From the NCBI RefSeq assembly GCF_009914755.1, contig NC_060927.1: 64,000 nucleotides of DNA. One strand, written 5' to 3'. Position 1 is the first letter of the stretch. Each line of letters opens with the position of its first letter. The DNA comes from the human T2T-CHM13v2.0 reference genome, Homo sapiens. The notes beneath the pieces were generated by a model, which was given only the letters and a program-made list of their open reading frames with translations, ran no database searches and was not told the origin of the DNA. The position numbers and the translations under genes are program-made. Positions 14,809-27,494 of the stretch are shown here, piece by piece.

Positions 14809-15959
14809 AGTTAGTATTATAGAAAATTAGATACATAGTCAGGAAATGTGGGCTCTTCTGCCTTTACCACAAATTGTGCGGCCTTGGGAAGCTCCTCCTG
14901 TAAGCCTTGGTTTCAACATCTGTAGAATGATGAGATTCTGCTACTAGATATATGGCCAATGGGCTTGGTCTTGAGACTTGAGTCCTAGTATGGAGCGACT
15001 GGGAATAGTCACCTTGCATTCTTTAAGGACAAATACGGTTCTGGGCTTGATTGATTATGTCTAGCTTGGGCACTAGGGAAGGGAGTGGTGGCACAGATGA
15101 TGTGTATGTATTATTCTGTGACTAGATGATTTCTTTAGTCCTTTTCCACTCTTTAATCATTCATTTCGTTATTTTTCAAGTTTTATTCCATTTTGAAAAT
15201 TAACAAAGGGAACATTCTTAGGCTGAGGACACTTTGTACTTTCGAAAAGACTTTATTCATAACTGACTATGAGCTGTAAATAATCTGAAGTAGCATTCTA
15301 GTGATATTGTCATAAATTAATTACTAAAGTTTTGGGAATTAGCTTAGTGACATGTTTTAATTAATTTGCCCCCCTGGAAGTATCTTTCCCCTAATAGGTT
15401 TACAGCTCCTCTTAGATTTACAGTAATTCCTTCATTTTTCTCTTATCTCCATTATTTATGTAAGCCATATTCCCACTGAGGATACTTACTTTTGCAACTG
15501 CAGTGTTGGATGGAATATAGTGATTCTGGCGGCGGTTTTCAGGATTTGAAACAAATCCATATTTTTATTTAGTTTCTGTACTACATGAAAAATTGGAACA
15601 CAGGTCTAGATGATTTTTTTTGTATTGCTGCCTATATTGATAAGGTTATATTTAGGTGACTCTGATTGTAGGAGTATAAAATAATTTATCCTTAAAGCAA
15701 AGACATAGTTAACCGACTTCTAAATGTATAACTATTTCATTAATTCCAGAAAATACTTAATTTCAACTTTATTAAAAAATTTTTCCATGATGAATACACT
15801 CTCTCACAGTTGTGCTGCTAAGTTTGCAATGATACATTTTCAACTTTTTAAACAAATGTTTGGCTGTAAGAATCCTAGAAATAAATCAGCAAAATTGTCC
15901 AGTTAGGGTCCAATTGTCTTATTGTTAAGATCAATGTTGGGTAAGTTGATTCTTTGATG

Positions 15960-16185
15960 ATAAATATTGATTGAGTGCTTACTGAGTTCAAGCATCATGA
16001 TAAGGGTCATTCATGGATTATCTCATTTAATTCACATAACACTTTATATGGTGGGTAGGCCAACTGAACTTATAAGTAGATAGAGATTTGGAGAGGTTAA
16101 GTAACTTCTTTGGCTAGACAGTCAGCTATTGATAGAGTTAAGACTTGAACACAGCCTCCAGTCATCCCCAGAGACCTAGCTCTAG
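15960..16185 (-). mobile_element. MIR SINE
   Basis: ttgagtgcttact...tctcatttaattcac...gagaggttaagtaactt. Confidence 0.75.
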
Positions 16186-17129
16186 ATCCTGAATGGTACT
16201 GTACATGCTGCTGTACTGTATCTAAGATAAGGTTAAGCCTGATGATATTAGTTTATCCTGGCAAGTATTATAGTATCACATAAGGCATATTGATTTTTTA
16301 AAAAACCAAGTATGTACCTCTTGCATCAGAAGTTGTTAGAAATATGCAAGCACTGTGTTTAATATTTGAATACAGCTTTTGCTTCATTCATTATCTTAGT
16401 GTGATATCTATGAAAAACTGTTTTAATATTGAAAGTAGTTGAGCTTTATCTGCTCAACTGTTCTCATCCCCATGAGGGTAGGCAAGCTACAGATGCTACA
16501 CATATTATCTTTATAAAGCACCGACAGTGAGAGCAGTTTTTCTTTCTTTAGACAAGTCTAGGATCTTATGTGGCGACAATAGCACATCTTTCAGCTTAGG
16601 AAACTTTTATACAGATTCAAAATATCCTTCTTCAGATGTTGACATAGACCCACATACCTGGCCCCAGATATGAAATAATTCTGGAACAACCTTCCAGTTG
16701 AAATAAAGCTCACATAAAATATGAGAAAAATGCATAAATTCAAGAAGGGGCTCACCACAAAGGGATGGCATAGCAGCCAACTGAATTTTCACAGAAGGGA
16801 AAGTTTATTTTATATGGGTAGCAGCCACTTTTAATGAAGATGGGAAGCCCTCATCTCTGAAATGAACCAGAATTAATGGGATCTATTCTTTCTTTTGGAA
16901 ATGCCACATAATTTCACTGGATCCAGCTGTCAAGGAGAAACACCCTTCTCTGTTAACAGCTGAGTGGATTGGTTACACTATTTGGCTATAAGGAATAGAG
17001 ACTCAAGTTATTGTAAGTAATGAAGGGGAGGGATATATTGGCAATATTTACATCTATGGAACCCAGGAGCACAACAACCTGACCTGAAGAAGACACCTGC
17101 CAATATAATCACCCAATAGACACAACAAC

Positions 17130-17184
17130 TTTTGCCATTAAAAGTAATGGCAAAAATCACAATTACTTTTGCACCAACCTAATA
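17130..17184. mobile_element. Truncated MADE1 (Hsmar1 MITE)
   Basis: ttttgccattaaaagtaatggcaaaaatcacaattacttttgcaccaacctaata: one complete TIR plus the inner 11 bp of the other. Confidence 0.9.
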
Positions 17185-17679
17185 GGTATGATAGCTGTAG
17201 AGACTTCAGAAATTTTAGAAGCTTCTGACTCCATCACTCTCCTATGAGAGAGGGAGACTCAATCACTGCAAGGGCCTTCCAGATTATGCGAATGGATGAA
17301 GTTGGCCACATGCTTGTAAGGGATGATGCTTACAGCTGCAGTAACCATCTTCTGAGCAAGAGGAGGAACCCAAGCTTAATTGTAGAGAAATCAACCCAGA
17401 GCCTAGACATCATGGAATCATGAAGGTAACAAACCCCAGAACTGCCTGTTTCCTTTCTTCCTGCTTTATGAAATGTAAGTGCTGTTAGTTGAGTACTCTG
17501 TTTCTGACAAGTGGAAACATTCTTATACTCCCTCTGCAAATCATTAATATTAAATAATATAATATCTATGATTATAAGAATGTATTGGGGAAAATAGACA
17601 TATGTGGGGTTCATGAATATTGAAGACGGGCTTATGGCAGGGCTGTCATGTATAGTTGGAGGGATATTTTCAAATTAGA

Positions 17680-18435
17680 AAAAATTTGTGGGTAAGTAGT
17701 AGGTAAATATATTCATGGGGTACATGAGATATTTTGATATGGGCATACAATGCATAATAATCACATCAGGATAAATGAGGCATCTATCACCACAAACATT
17801 TATTCTTTGTGTTACAAATAATCCAATTATACCCTTTAATTATTTTCAAATATATAATATATTATTGTCAACTGTTGTTATTCTGTTGTACTATCAAACA
17901 CTAGATCTTATTCATTCTCCCTTTCCATATTTTTGTACACATCAACTATCCCTAGTTTCCCCTTCTCCCCCTACTAGCCTTCCCAGCCTCCGGTAATCAT
18001 CATTCTACTCTCTATCTCCATTAAATCAATTGTTTTAATTTTTTCAGCTCCCACAAATAAATGAGAATATGTGAAGTTTGTCTTTCTTTGCCTGGCTTAT
18101 TTCATTTAACATAATAACCTCCCATTCCATTGATGTTGCTGCAAATGACAAAATCTCATTCTTTTTAATGGCTGAATAGTACTCTATTGTGCGTATGTAC
18201 CACATTTTAAAAAATCTATTCATCTGTTGATGTACACTGAGGTTTCTCTCAAATCTTGGCTATTGTGAATAATGGTGCAATTAACATGGATGTGCAGATA
18301 TCTCTTTGATATACTGGTTTCTTTTCTTTGGGGCATATACCTAGCAGTGGGATTACTGAATCATACGGAAGTTCTATTTTTAGTTTTTTGTGGAACCCCT
18401 GAACTGTTCTCCATAGTGATTGCACAAATTTACAT
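17680..18435 (-). mobile_element. L1MA (L1MA2/3-like) 3' fragment
   Basis: ggggtacatgagatattttgata 3' UTR, followed by the antisense ORF2 C-terminal region (gcagatatctctttgatatactg..). Confidence 0.9.
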
Positions 18436-19324
18436 TATAGCTGGGCACATTTTTTACTGCACATTTCTAGGGGGATACCAATCATAGCCTACAATGTATA
18501 ACTATATGCAGTGGCTTTGGCTTAATTACTCATTTTCTCTAAGACTGCTGAAGTTCATAGAAATTTCCTTTTTTACAACTCATAGGCTATTAAAAGGAAA
18601 TAAACTCTAAATCTTTGCCTACGGTGTCTAGAGTGTCTATTGAAGAAAGGCTTTTCTCCTTGGGGAGCAGCTCTTGCTCAGCCACCAGGTGTCTATGTGA
18701 CAGGCAGAATGATTTCAGTGCCTCTCATTGTATGAGGATTGTGGGCTGCAGATGAAGAATTATGGTAGCTGTCTATCAATCAAGTGTGTGGGCTTTTTTA
18801 ATCCCTGAAGAAAAGAGAGTGATTATTTGTTTGTTTTCCAACACTGAAGAGGAGAAGAAATGTCATTTGTGTTGCTTGGCACACATGAATTCTGCATCTC
18901 AGTAATGGAACCTGGACAGAATTGTACTACTATCAGGCCTGGGGAAATGGTAGCCCTGATAGGTTACTTGGAGTTGGAGGGAATATTTCCCAATTGAGGC
19001 TGGTAGTGGAGCACAAGCAAAGGAGGTGTACAGATGTTAATTTCTACGACTGGAGAGAGGAAAGTTTCCCTCTGTCCCTCTCACTTGTCTGGCAACACAG
19101 AAATTGACTGCCATCATAACAGAAGCTCTGTCCTTTTTAGGTGGTGAGGGGAAGGAGCAGGGAGAGAACATTTTCTGCATATTTTTTTTCCACCCTCAAA
19201 TGGCTTTCATCCCGCTCTGAATAAACTCCCAAAGATGGTGTTCATGATTATGTGTTTATCCTGCTTTGTAGAGAAAGGGGAACAGTAACACTCAGATACT
19301 CCCATAAATGGCTGTTCTGTGGGA

Positions 19325-19960
19325 GTGGTGTGGATAAGAATGTGGACTCTGGAGCTAGATGTCCTGGCTCACATCTCCAATTACTAGTTTTGTGACTTTG
19401 TGCAGGTTACATAACCTCTCTGGGCCTTAGTTTTCTTGCCTGTAAAAATGGTGTATCGTAGTTTATTCCCTCAGAAACAGACTCTGAAACAAGAATTCAA
19501 CTATAAATAGTTCCTTTGGAAGGTGATGCCAGGAAACATAGATTGGGAAGTGAGGAATTACAGTAGGGAAGAAGAAAAAACCATTGAAGGATGTATTAGT
19601 AAAGCAGTTACCACTGTGAGGATGTGGGTACTCAAGAGAGTATAGAAGAGCCCCTGAGCAATGTATCACCCTCAGACTCTTTGAAGGCTGCATATGGGCC
19701 ATTTATGCTATGGCACTTGCCACTTGTCCTGTGTTTGCATCCAATGTGCTCATAAGGCGAGGAAATAGAAGCCCTCAGGGTGTAGAAGTGAATGCTGAGG
19801 GGATTTGGCTGGGGATTTGGGCTGGGCACCACCATCGTCTGCTATGGCACGTAATGATACTTCACTGAGTTATTGAGAAGATTAAATGAGTTTGCTGATA
19901 GGAATGTGTACAAAAGTACCTGACATATAGTAAGCCCTACCTCTGTGCTGGCTGCCTTTC
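19325..19960 (+). mobile_element. MIR interrupted by an ERV-L LTR
   Basis: MIR 5' half to about 19453 (ctcagtttcc-like, ctgtaaaaatgg). It resumes at about 19847 (gagaagattaaatgag). Confidence 0.75.
19454..19846 (-). mobile_element. ERV-L solo LTR (LTR33/LTR41 group)
   Basis: cagaaacagactctgaaacaagaatt...ggaaggtgatgccaggaaaca. The other end reads gggcaccaccatcgtctgctatg. Confidence 0.75.
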
Positions 19961-20073
19961 CTATTGTCCTCAGCAGAGCCTTATGGGTAAGAGCCTCGAT
20001 CCCAGATAGGGCTGGATTCAAGTTCTGGCTCTGCCACTTACCATTTAAGAGGCCAGATTTTCAGCTTCTAAAG

Positions 20074-20295
20074 CAAGGGTCAGCCATTGACTAACTTTTC
20101 CTGTAAAAGTCCAGAGAATAATTATATGTCATCTTAGCCAGCCCTGCTATTGTGACTGCTCAACTTAGCTTTTTAGTGTGAAAGCAACCAAAGACAATAA
20201 GTAAATGAATGGTTGTGGCTGCTTTCCAGTAAAACTTGATTTGCTAAAACAGGTGGTGGGCTGGATTTGACCCACCAGCCACTGTTTGGCCCATA
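20074..20295 (-). mobile_element. MER58A (hAT-Charlie)
   Basis: gtgtgaaagcaaccaaagacaataagtaaatgaatgg...aaaacaggtggtgggctggatttgaccc. Confidence 0.8.
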
Positions 20296-20774
20296 AGCCA
20301 AAGTATCTTTTCCTACAGCTGCATAATGTGAGAACAAACAGTGTTTACTTCTCAGCACAGATACTAAAAGTACAGTCTATGTCAACCTGCCTGGTATTGT
20401 ATCTCAGCTTGATGACTTTCTACTTTGGCAACTATATGCACACATTTATTATTGTTAACCATCAGTTTTCTCATCTGTAAAATAGGGATGATAAATATAC
20501 CTGGCTCGTAGGGTTGTTGGAGGAGATGGACTGCATAGGCTAATCCATATGCTAGGCTTAGAGTATGTGGATTACAGAAGAAGTGAATAAATGTTTCTAT
20601 TATATTCATTTCAATTTCTACTATTATTGTGCTTTCTTCCTGGCAGAACTCACTGCAATTCTATTGGAGAAAAGACAACAGAATAGTTCTTAAGATTCTT
20701 ACTAAGAATCAGATCTGGCAGAGATATTTACTAGTTAAAATTGAATAACCTATTAGAACTGCATGGATTCGGAT

Positions 20775-20990
20775 CAGTGGTTATTAACCAGGGGCAATTT
20801 TGCCACCTAGGGGATATTTGACAAAGTCTAGGAGGTTCTTTGGATTGTCCTAACTAGGGAAGAGTGGGCTACTGGCATGTCATGGGTAGAGGTCAGTAAA
20901 ATCTAAAAATCCTTTAATACAGGACAGTTCTGTACAATAAAGGCTTACCTGGCTCGAAATGACATTAGTTTTCAGGTTAAGAAACTCTCG
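20775..20990 (+). mobile_element. MER20 (hAT-Charlie)
   Basis: cagtggttattaaccaggggcaattttgcc...ctactggcat..tgggtagaggtcag...ggttaagaaactct. Confidence 0.85.
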
Positions 20991-23061
20991 TTTAGATTGT
21001 ATATATCACTTCTGAACTTTTACCCTCTAATATATGGCACTGTTTATATCATAGTATTTCACATGATTTGCAAATTATCATCATGATTTCTCTGACTCAC
21101 AGGCTTTGAAAAGATGTATGGAAATATTTTGTCAAGATAAGTCAATTTAGGTGAGAAGTGTTTTTTTTTAACAACACTATCGTTTAAAAAATACACCAGG
21201 TAGCTAGCTGACAAAACTACATAATTAATTTTCTTCTAAAATAATTTTAAATGTTGGAGAGTCTTTTTAAGAATACAAATGACATTCTTTGCATTCTATA
21301 ATTTCTATGAATATAGGACAATTTGAGAAGATAAAGGACAGACTCCAGAATTCCTCATCTTTGTTGTAATTTAAGGAAGTCTTTTTTTCCATAAATTACT
21401 AAGGTGTCTCTGTCAATGAAAAGTGTGCAAAGCTATTATTTACACCTGTTTGACTCTCAATATTATGATTTCATGATTTTTGAAATGGAATATCCCCATT
21501 CAAAATGCTTTCTGTACTGAATTTCACCACACTGGAGTGATTGTTAATAGCTCTTTGCTGTCAAGAAACCACCATGACCTCTTCTTTCTCTTATTTTCTA
21601 AGTATTGAGATCTTCTCTCAACTTGACAGATGAATTTGCTAGAGAATTTTTATTAAACAATGGCCCTAAACAGGCCATCTCCATCAAACCATCCCTTCTC
21701 AATGGCACTCTTTTTTGTTTTGGTACTCAAATTTCACCTAGATATCCCCAGGTTCCTGTGACTACTCTGAGTCCTCCAATGTCCTCACAATGTTTTTAAA
21801 TCCTCCTCTAACCCACGTGGAACTTTGGACTCATTAAAGAAAGAAATCCTCTGAGAAGATACATCTCATAAATTAGGACACAGAACTCTGATTGGGAGCT
21901 CTTGATCAGCGAACAACTTACACTCTTACTTGGCATTTCTGAAAGTTTTATACTGTAGCTAGGTATGTCCCCTGGCTTTACATCCTATTTGGACATCTTC
22001 ATTCACTTTATTTGTTATTTCATTTGTTCATTTCTTCACTCACCAGCAAATATTTATTGTTTCCATTATGTGCCTGGCACGATATTGAATAAGACAACAT
22101 CCTCTATCTGACTCACTTATGAATATTGTGTCTAGTGTTAAAGGATAATTTTCAAAAAGGTAAAATCATGACTCCCACAAATACAACATGAACACATGTC
22201 AAAGATTTATGTGACTTACTAATTAATAAGGGGAACAGGAAGAGTTTATAATTGGTTCAAATTAGAACTGGATTTACAAAGATTTATAATCTCTACTGGA
22301 CAATATTCATTTTCACTGCCACAAGCAGGAATAATTTGCCTTGCATTGGACAGGAAATGTTTACTTCACTGACACCATCAGCAATTTAACTCCTTTCTCC
22401 TGAAAGACAATCAAAAGTGTGTGGGTACCCAGTGAAATCAGATTACCCCTGGAGTATCTGTTAAACTTCATCCAGCATTCTATAGCAGTCATTTCTGGTC
22501 CATTTCAAAGTCTTCACGACTTTTTCTAACACTAGCACAGACAATTTTCAAATATGAACATTGCAGATATGATGAGTGCAATGGCAGAAATAAAGTAGTG
22601 TGTTGGGAAACAGAGTAGTTGGTGGGGGTGGGGACTTCTTTAGATGGAGGAGCCAAGGAGAACTCCCCTGATGATTTTTTAATTTTACTCCCCATAGGTT
22701 GCCTATTTAAATCTTAACAGATGTGATAAAGACCTTAATCTACATGTGACAAATGTTGGCATTTAAGCCATGAGCATGAACTACCTGTAGAGTCTGATGG
22801 TACTTTTTCTAGTAGGAATGGAAACAAAATCAGGTCTACCTACTAGATACTCTCTTTACATTTCTCCTCCAAAACCTTGGCATCTGTATTTTAATGTATC
22901 TATTTACTTTTATGCATGCTATGGAATCTGCCTCTGCTCTTCATTTTGATAACATTGCATTTCACAGTAATTTGTGGGATGTAGAGACACTCAAACGGCA
23001 AATTAAGCTTCCAGCAAAGCAGAGCCACAAAAAAATGAGAAATCGGTTCCTTGGAAAATAA

Positions 23062-23371
<310 letters not shown>

Positions 23372-23470
23372 TACTTTTACATTTTAAAAAGTATCAAAAT
23401 AGCCATCAGAGAAATCACAAGTTTTCTGGACTCCCCTTCACAGATATGAAGTTTTAATTTTTATGTGCAC

Positions 23471-24122
23471 TAGCAATTGGCAAACTATGTTGCTATAGTT
23501 TGGATGCTTGTCCCTTCCAAATTTCACATTGAAATGTGATCCCCAGTGTTGGAAGATGAGGCCTAGTGGGAGGGGCTTGGGTCATGGAGATGGACCTCTT
23601 GTGAGTAGATGAATGTCTTCCCTTTGGGAGCCAGGGGTCAGGGGAGTAGGGAGGGTAGTGAGTGAGTTCCCACTCTATTAGTTCCCACCATAGCTGGCTG
23701 TTAAAAGGAGCCTGGCACCTCCCCTCCTCTCTCTCCATGTGATCTGTTCACTCCAGCTCCCCTTCACCTTCTGTTGTGAGTGGAAGCAGCCTGAGGCCCT
23801 TATTAGATGCCCAATCTTCTAGGCAACATAACTACAAGCCAAATAAACCTTTTTTCTTTATAAATTACCCAGCCTTAGCTATTCCTTTATAGCAATACAA
23901 AATAGACTAAGAAGACATGTGGCCTGTGGACCAAATCTGATGTGCTGTTTTTGTGAATAAAGTTTTCTTGAGACACAGGTACACTCATTCATTACATATT
24001 GTCCATGGCTGCTTTCACACTACAACAGCAGAGGTGAATAGTCATAGCACATACTGTATGGCCTGCAAGGCCTAAACTGTTTACTATCTGGTGCTTTACA
24101 GGCAAAGCTTTGCCAACCTCTG
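23471..24122 (+). mobile_element. MER58A split by an MST LTR
   Basis: ttggcaaactatg (23471-23490) resumes at 23918 as ggcctgtggaccaaatctg...tttgccaacctctg. Confidence 0.85.
23491..23917 (+). mobile_element. MSTB/MSTB1 MaLR solo LTR
   Basis: tgctatagtttggatg...aataaacc...gactaagaagaca, with TG..CA ends. Confidence 0.9.
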
Positions 24123-24362
24123 AGTTTAATTGATTGGGGTTAATATTATTCATTCATTTGTTTATTCATCTATTTAACAGACAGTTAACAAGTAGCTACC
24201 ATTTGCCAGACACTATTTTAAGATCTAAGGTTATAGCACTAGTTACATTATTAGACAAGTTTATGATCCTCAATTTCTTAATCTAGTACTACGTATGTTT
24301 GTCTTTTATTTATTTGGGGTAGACTATGCTCTGAAGTTTTTATAATGAGATATGTACCTCTA

Positions 24363-24655
24363 TGCCTTGGTTTAGGGTCTCCCACAAGCAGACCTTCAGG
24401 CAGTTGTTTTGGTGGAGGCATCTTATTTGGATGGTAAGAAAACATGAACAGGAGTGGGGAAGTATGAAAGGAAAGGGAAGGCAGTCAAAAAAGAGTTAAT
24501 TACCAAGCCACCTGCCATAGTGCGTGATAGAAACTTAATCCCCTGAAGAAACTCTGGGAAATCTGTAAAGCACACAACTCAGAAACACCTCACCTAAGGG
24601 CTGAGGAGCAGAGGAATTTATAATCCAACTCTTAAGTGTCATCGGTAGATACTCA
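24363..24655 (-). mobile_element. ERV-L LTR, 3' portion only
   Basis: tgccttggtttagggtctcccacaagcagacc...cttaatcccctgaagaaactctgggaaa, alignable to the LTR at 25832. Confidence 0.7.
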
Positions 24656-24899
24656 TGTGTGTGTATGTATGCGGGGGGCAAGAGGTGGGATGGTTTGATT
24701 CTTTGTTTGCCTTGTATGGTGAATGCCTCCATATCAATAAACTCCATTACCCAGCACTATATTTTGCTCCCTTCCCCTACCCCAAGGGTACAGAACTCTC
24801 AAAGTTCACTGCCACACCTGTTTTCCTAGTTTCGGTAGCTACCTATTAACCAGAACTTGAAACACAGTTATTAAATAATTCTTTACTTCTTGAAGCAGA

Positions 24900-25655
24900 G
24901 TAAGTGCTTCCTTACTCAAGCCATATTAGAACGTGGGGACAGATCTTGAGGAAGGCAAGTATCATCTCCCAAGGCTGCCTCCTAGGTGAAGCTTCTGCTT
25001 GGTCTCCCAGCAAGGAAAGGATGCTATATTCTAAGAATAAGATGTGGATAACTTCTGAAGTCTCAGAGGGTTAAGGAGAATCTGAGAGTTCAAGAGTCTG
25101 GAGTGCATTTACACAGATGTCCCTCTCCCTGGACATATCTCAGGGTTTTCCATCTTCTTTATCTATGCTCTGCCTTAGAATGTTGGCTGGGGCTGTTGCT
25201 TCAACACTCTAGACAGTTCTCTCACATCAGGTCCTAGCCCCGATTTTCAGCCTGATCTTTTCTCTGCCTGCAGAAGATGAGAGTCTCTTTAAATGATGCC
25301 GGAGAGGCCTCTGGCTTTCCATACTGAACCCTGGGTTGGTGTTCAGCTCACTTGAGCCTGTCATTTTCTTCTTTCAGCTCATTGATGGTACTTGGTCCAA
25401 CTATCCAATTCCATAATCTTTCCAATGGCCAATGCCACCCTATCTCTCAAGTGCTAGAGAAATTGCATAAGCTAGTGCATCCTCTTCCAGCTGTGCCCCA
25501 TCCCAATTCAATCTTAGGTAAGAGTCTCAGCAGTTATGATTTCATAGCACACCATTCCACTCGTGACTAGCAATGTTAATTTTGTTGCCATTTTGCTAGT
25601 TTCTAGCTGCAAAGACCAATTCTAGAGATCTGTTTCCTAGGACCACTTTGAGTTC
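24900..25655 (-). mobile_element. ERV-L internal 5' region: leader plus decayed gag N-terminus (ERVL-E/ERV3-16A3 type)
   Basis: Hand translation of the minus strand gives NWDGAQLEEDALAYAISLALER*GGIGHWKDYGIG*L..ELKEENDRLK..FKETLIFCRQRKDQAEN..DICVNA, resembling ERV-L gag (GWLLL..KENDELR..ESLISCRERA..WDP.TW.GD.W). Confidence 0.75.
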
Positions 25656-25659
25656 CAAC

Positions 25660-25823
25660 CTGAGTTCTCAGGTTTTAGTACTGAAAGTCCCACATCCTGA
25701 AAAGCTACAAGTTCTAGGCAAATTTGAAATGCTTTTCCTGGGACTGTCTTGGTTTTAAAATTGCAAGTCCCATGTCCCAGGAACACCCTCTGTCCTTACC
25801 AAACCAGATGGGTGGTCACCCAA
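25660..25823. mobile_element. MER81-like hAT-Blackjack MITE with an internal duplication
   Basis: Two copies of ggtttta..ctg.aagtccca and a ggtggtcaccc terminus. Flanked by gttccaac (25652-25659) and gtttcaac (25824-25831). Confidence 0.65.
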
Positions 25824-25831
25824 GTTTCAAC

Positions 25832-26282
25832 TGTGTAATTACTCCAGAATTAGATCCTGAGGTAGATCCAGGTTTATTTTGGAGATGCAAAACGCTTTAA
25901 TATGATACAGTGAAGATAAGACAGCCAATCAATAAAAGAAACATTATTAAGCCAGATATCCCAGTGAGCAACCAGAGCTTAATCCCATGGGAAACTCCAG
26001 GAAATAGGGCAAAACACATGCTTCAGAAATTTCCCAGTAGAGAAGCAAGGGTGTGGGAGATTTACATGCCAATTTCTGAGAGTCATTGGCAAAGGGCTAC
26101 TCCTAGAGGGTTTTAAATTCCAGGCACTTTCAGCCTGCTGGCCACGAATAGTATGGTTTGATTGTAGTTCCAAGAAAAAAAGCAAATTCTGGCTTAAGTA
26201 TGCAGACATTGGCAGCAGGAATTTGGTGGGAGACTCTGAGGGGTCTGGATGAGACGAGTAGGGAAAATTAGCATTTGTTACT
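25832..26282 (-). mobile_element. ERV-L LTR (LTR33/41/52 group) with PPT upstream and PBS downstream
   Basis: cttaatcccatgggaaactccaggaaa..agtcattggcaaagggctactcc. On the minus strand it is preceded by aaggggtgagc and followed by gttg. Confidence 0.7.
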
Positions 26283-26800
26283 GCTCACCCCTTGCAATAC
26301 CCAGATCCATTTGTGACCCCTGTTAAGTTGACATCATCATAGTAAGGGAGTGGCTGACTGGTCACGACTTATTACAGGAGTTTTTATGGGAAAAGCTACA
26401 ATTCTGCCCATCATCTCTCTTCTCTAACACACGTTTTAGGTTCCTCTGCCCTTGGCCAGCAATTTGATTTCCCCAGTGAGGGCAGAGCATCCTCTCCTGA
26501 ACCTGAATCAATGTATATTTCACCCTCTTGAATTGGGAGCTAGGAATAGAAACTCATAGTTTGTAGATTTGGCAGTGTGATAATTCAAATGCTGTCTAAT
26601 GGTCCATAGTTAGAGATATTTCAGTTATCTATGTTATGGGGCCGAATCTCATCACTTGAAACAGAACTCCTGTATTCACCCAAGGCCAGCTCGTTCTCAT
26701 CAGTGTTGAAAAGAGGTGATCCTGTGTATTTTCTTCATCCCTCTATTGCACATCACATTAATCATTTTACTGCATTAATGAGACAATATCAATTCCAATG
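26283..26800 (-). mobile_element. ERV-L internal 3' region: integrase C-terminus plus PPT
   Basis: The minus strand at about 26410-26460 reads LLAKG..NLKRVLEKRDD (one frameshift), resembling ERV-L integrase VLAEGEGNLEWVVEEGDD. A purine tract abuts the LTR. Confidence 0.6.
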
Positions 26801-26924
26801 CTTCATTTAAATATGGAACTTCATCTCAGGAAATGTGCTAAGGTGGAAGCAATCTGCTTCCTTTCCCTTTTTATACATTAGAAACAATTTTTAATTGTAA
26901 TTTTATAACTTGGTCATTGCAGTG

Positions 26925-27428
26925 TGTGATATGCAAAATAAGGGCTCTCCCTAAAGATGTGCGTATCCCAATCCACAGAACCTGTGAATGGGTTACCTTA
27001 CACAGCAAAAGGGACTTTGCAGGTGTTTTTAAATTAAGGATCTTGGTATGGGAAGATTATCCTGGACTACCTGAGTGGATTCAATGTAATTACAAGAATT
27101 CTTGTAAGTGAAAGATACAGCCTCCAGTGAGAGTCAGAGAAGGAAATGTGATGACAGAAGCAGTGGGTGGAGTGGCACAATGGTTGGTTTGAAGACAGAG
27201 GAAGTGGTCATGAACCAAGTGATGTGGGTGGCTTCTAGAAGCTAGAGAAGGCAAACAATGGATTCTCCCCTAGAACCTTCAGAAGGAATGCAGCCCTGCT
27301 GACACCTTAATTTAAGACACCTGAAATGCATTTCAGACTTCTGATCTCACTGCAAGGTAATACATTTTTGTATTTTAAACCACTAAGTTCATGGTAGTTT
27401 GCTACTGCAGCAATAAGAAACTAATCAC
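26925..27428 (+). mobile_element. MLT1D-type MaLR solo LTR
   Basis: aacctgtgaatgggttaccttacacagcaaaagggactttgcag...gcagcaataagaaactaatca. Confidence 0.88.
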
Positions 27429-27494
27429 AGGTGTAAAGGATGACAATCATCTTTGCAGCTGAAGTGGAAGCAGTGATGTCTCTACTTCTGCTGG

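Noticed and set aside
16607-16710. Possible terminal exon (tatacag|ATTCAAAATATCC..TGA..AATAAA)
   Set aside because: Weak pyrimidine tract, a very short frame and no recognisable peptide.
18678-18697. CTCF-like CCACCAGGTGTC; weaker matches also at about 44505-44540
   Set aside because: The 3' end deviates from consensus and it cannot be supported without scoring or ChIP data.
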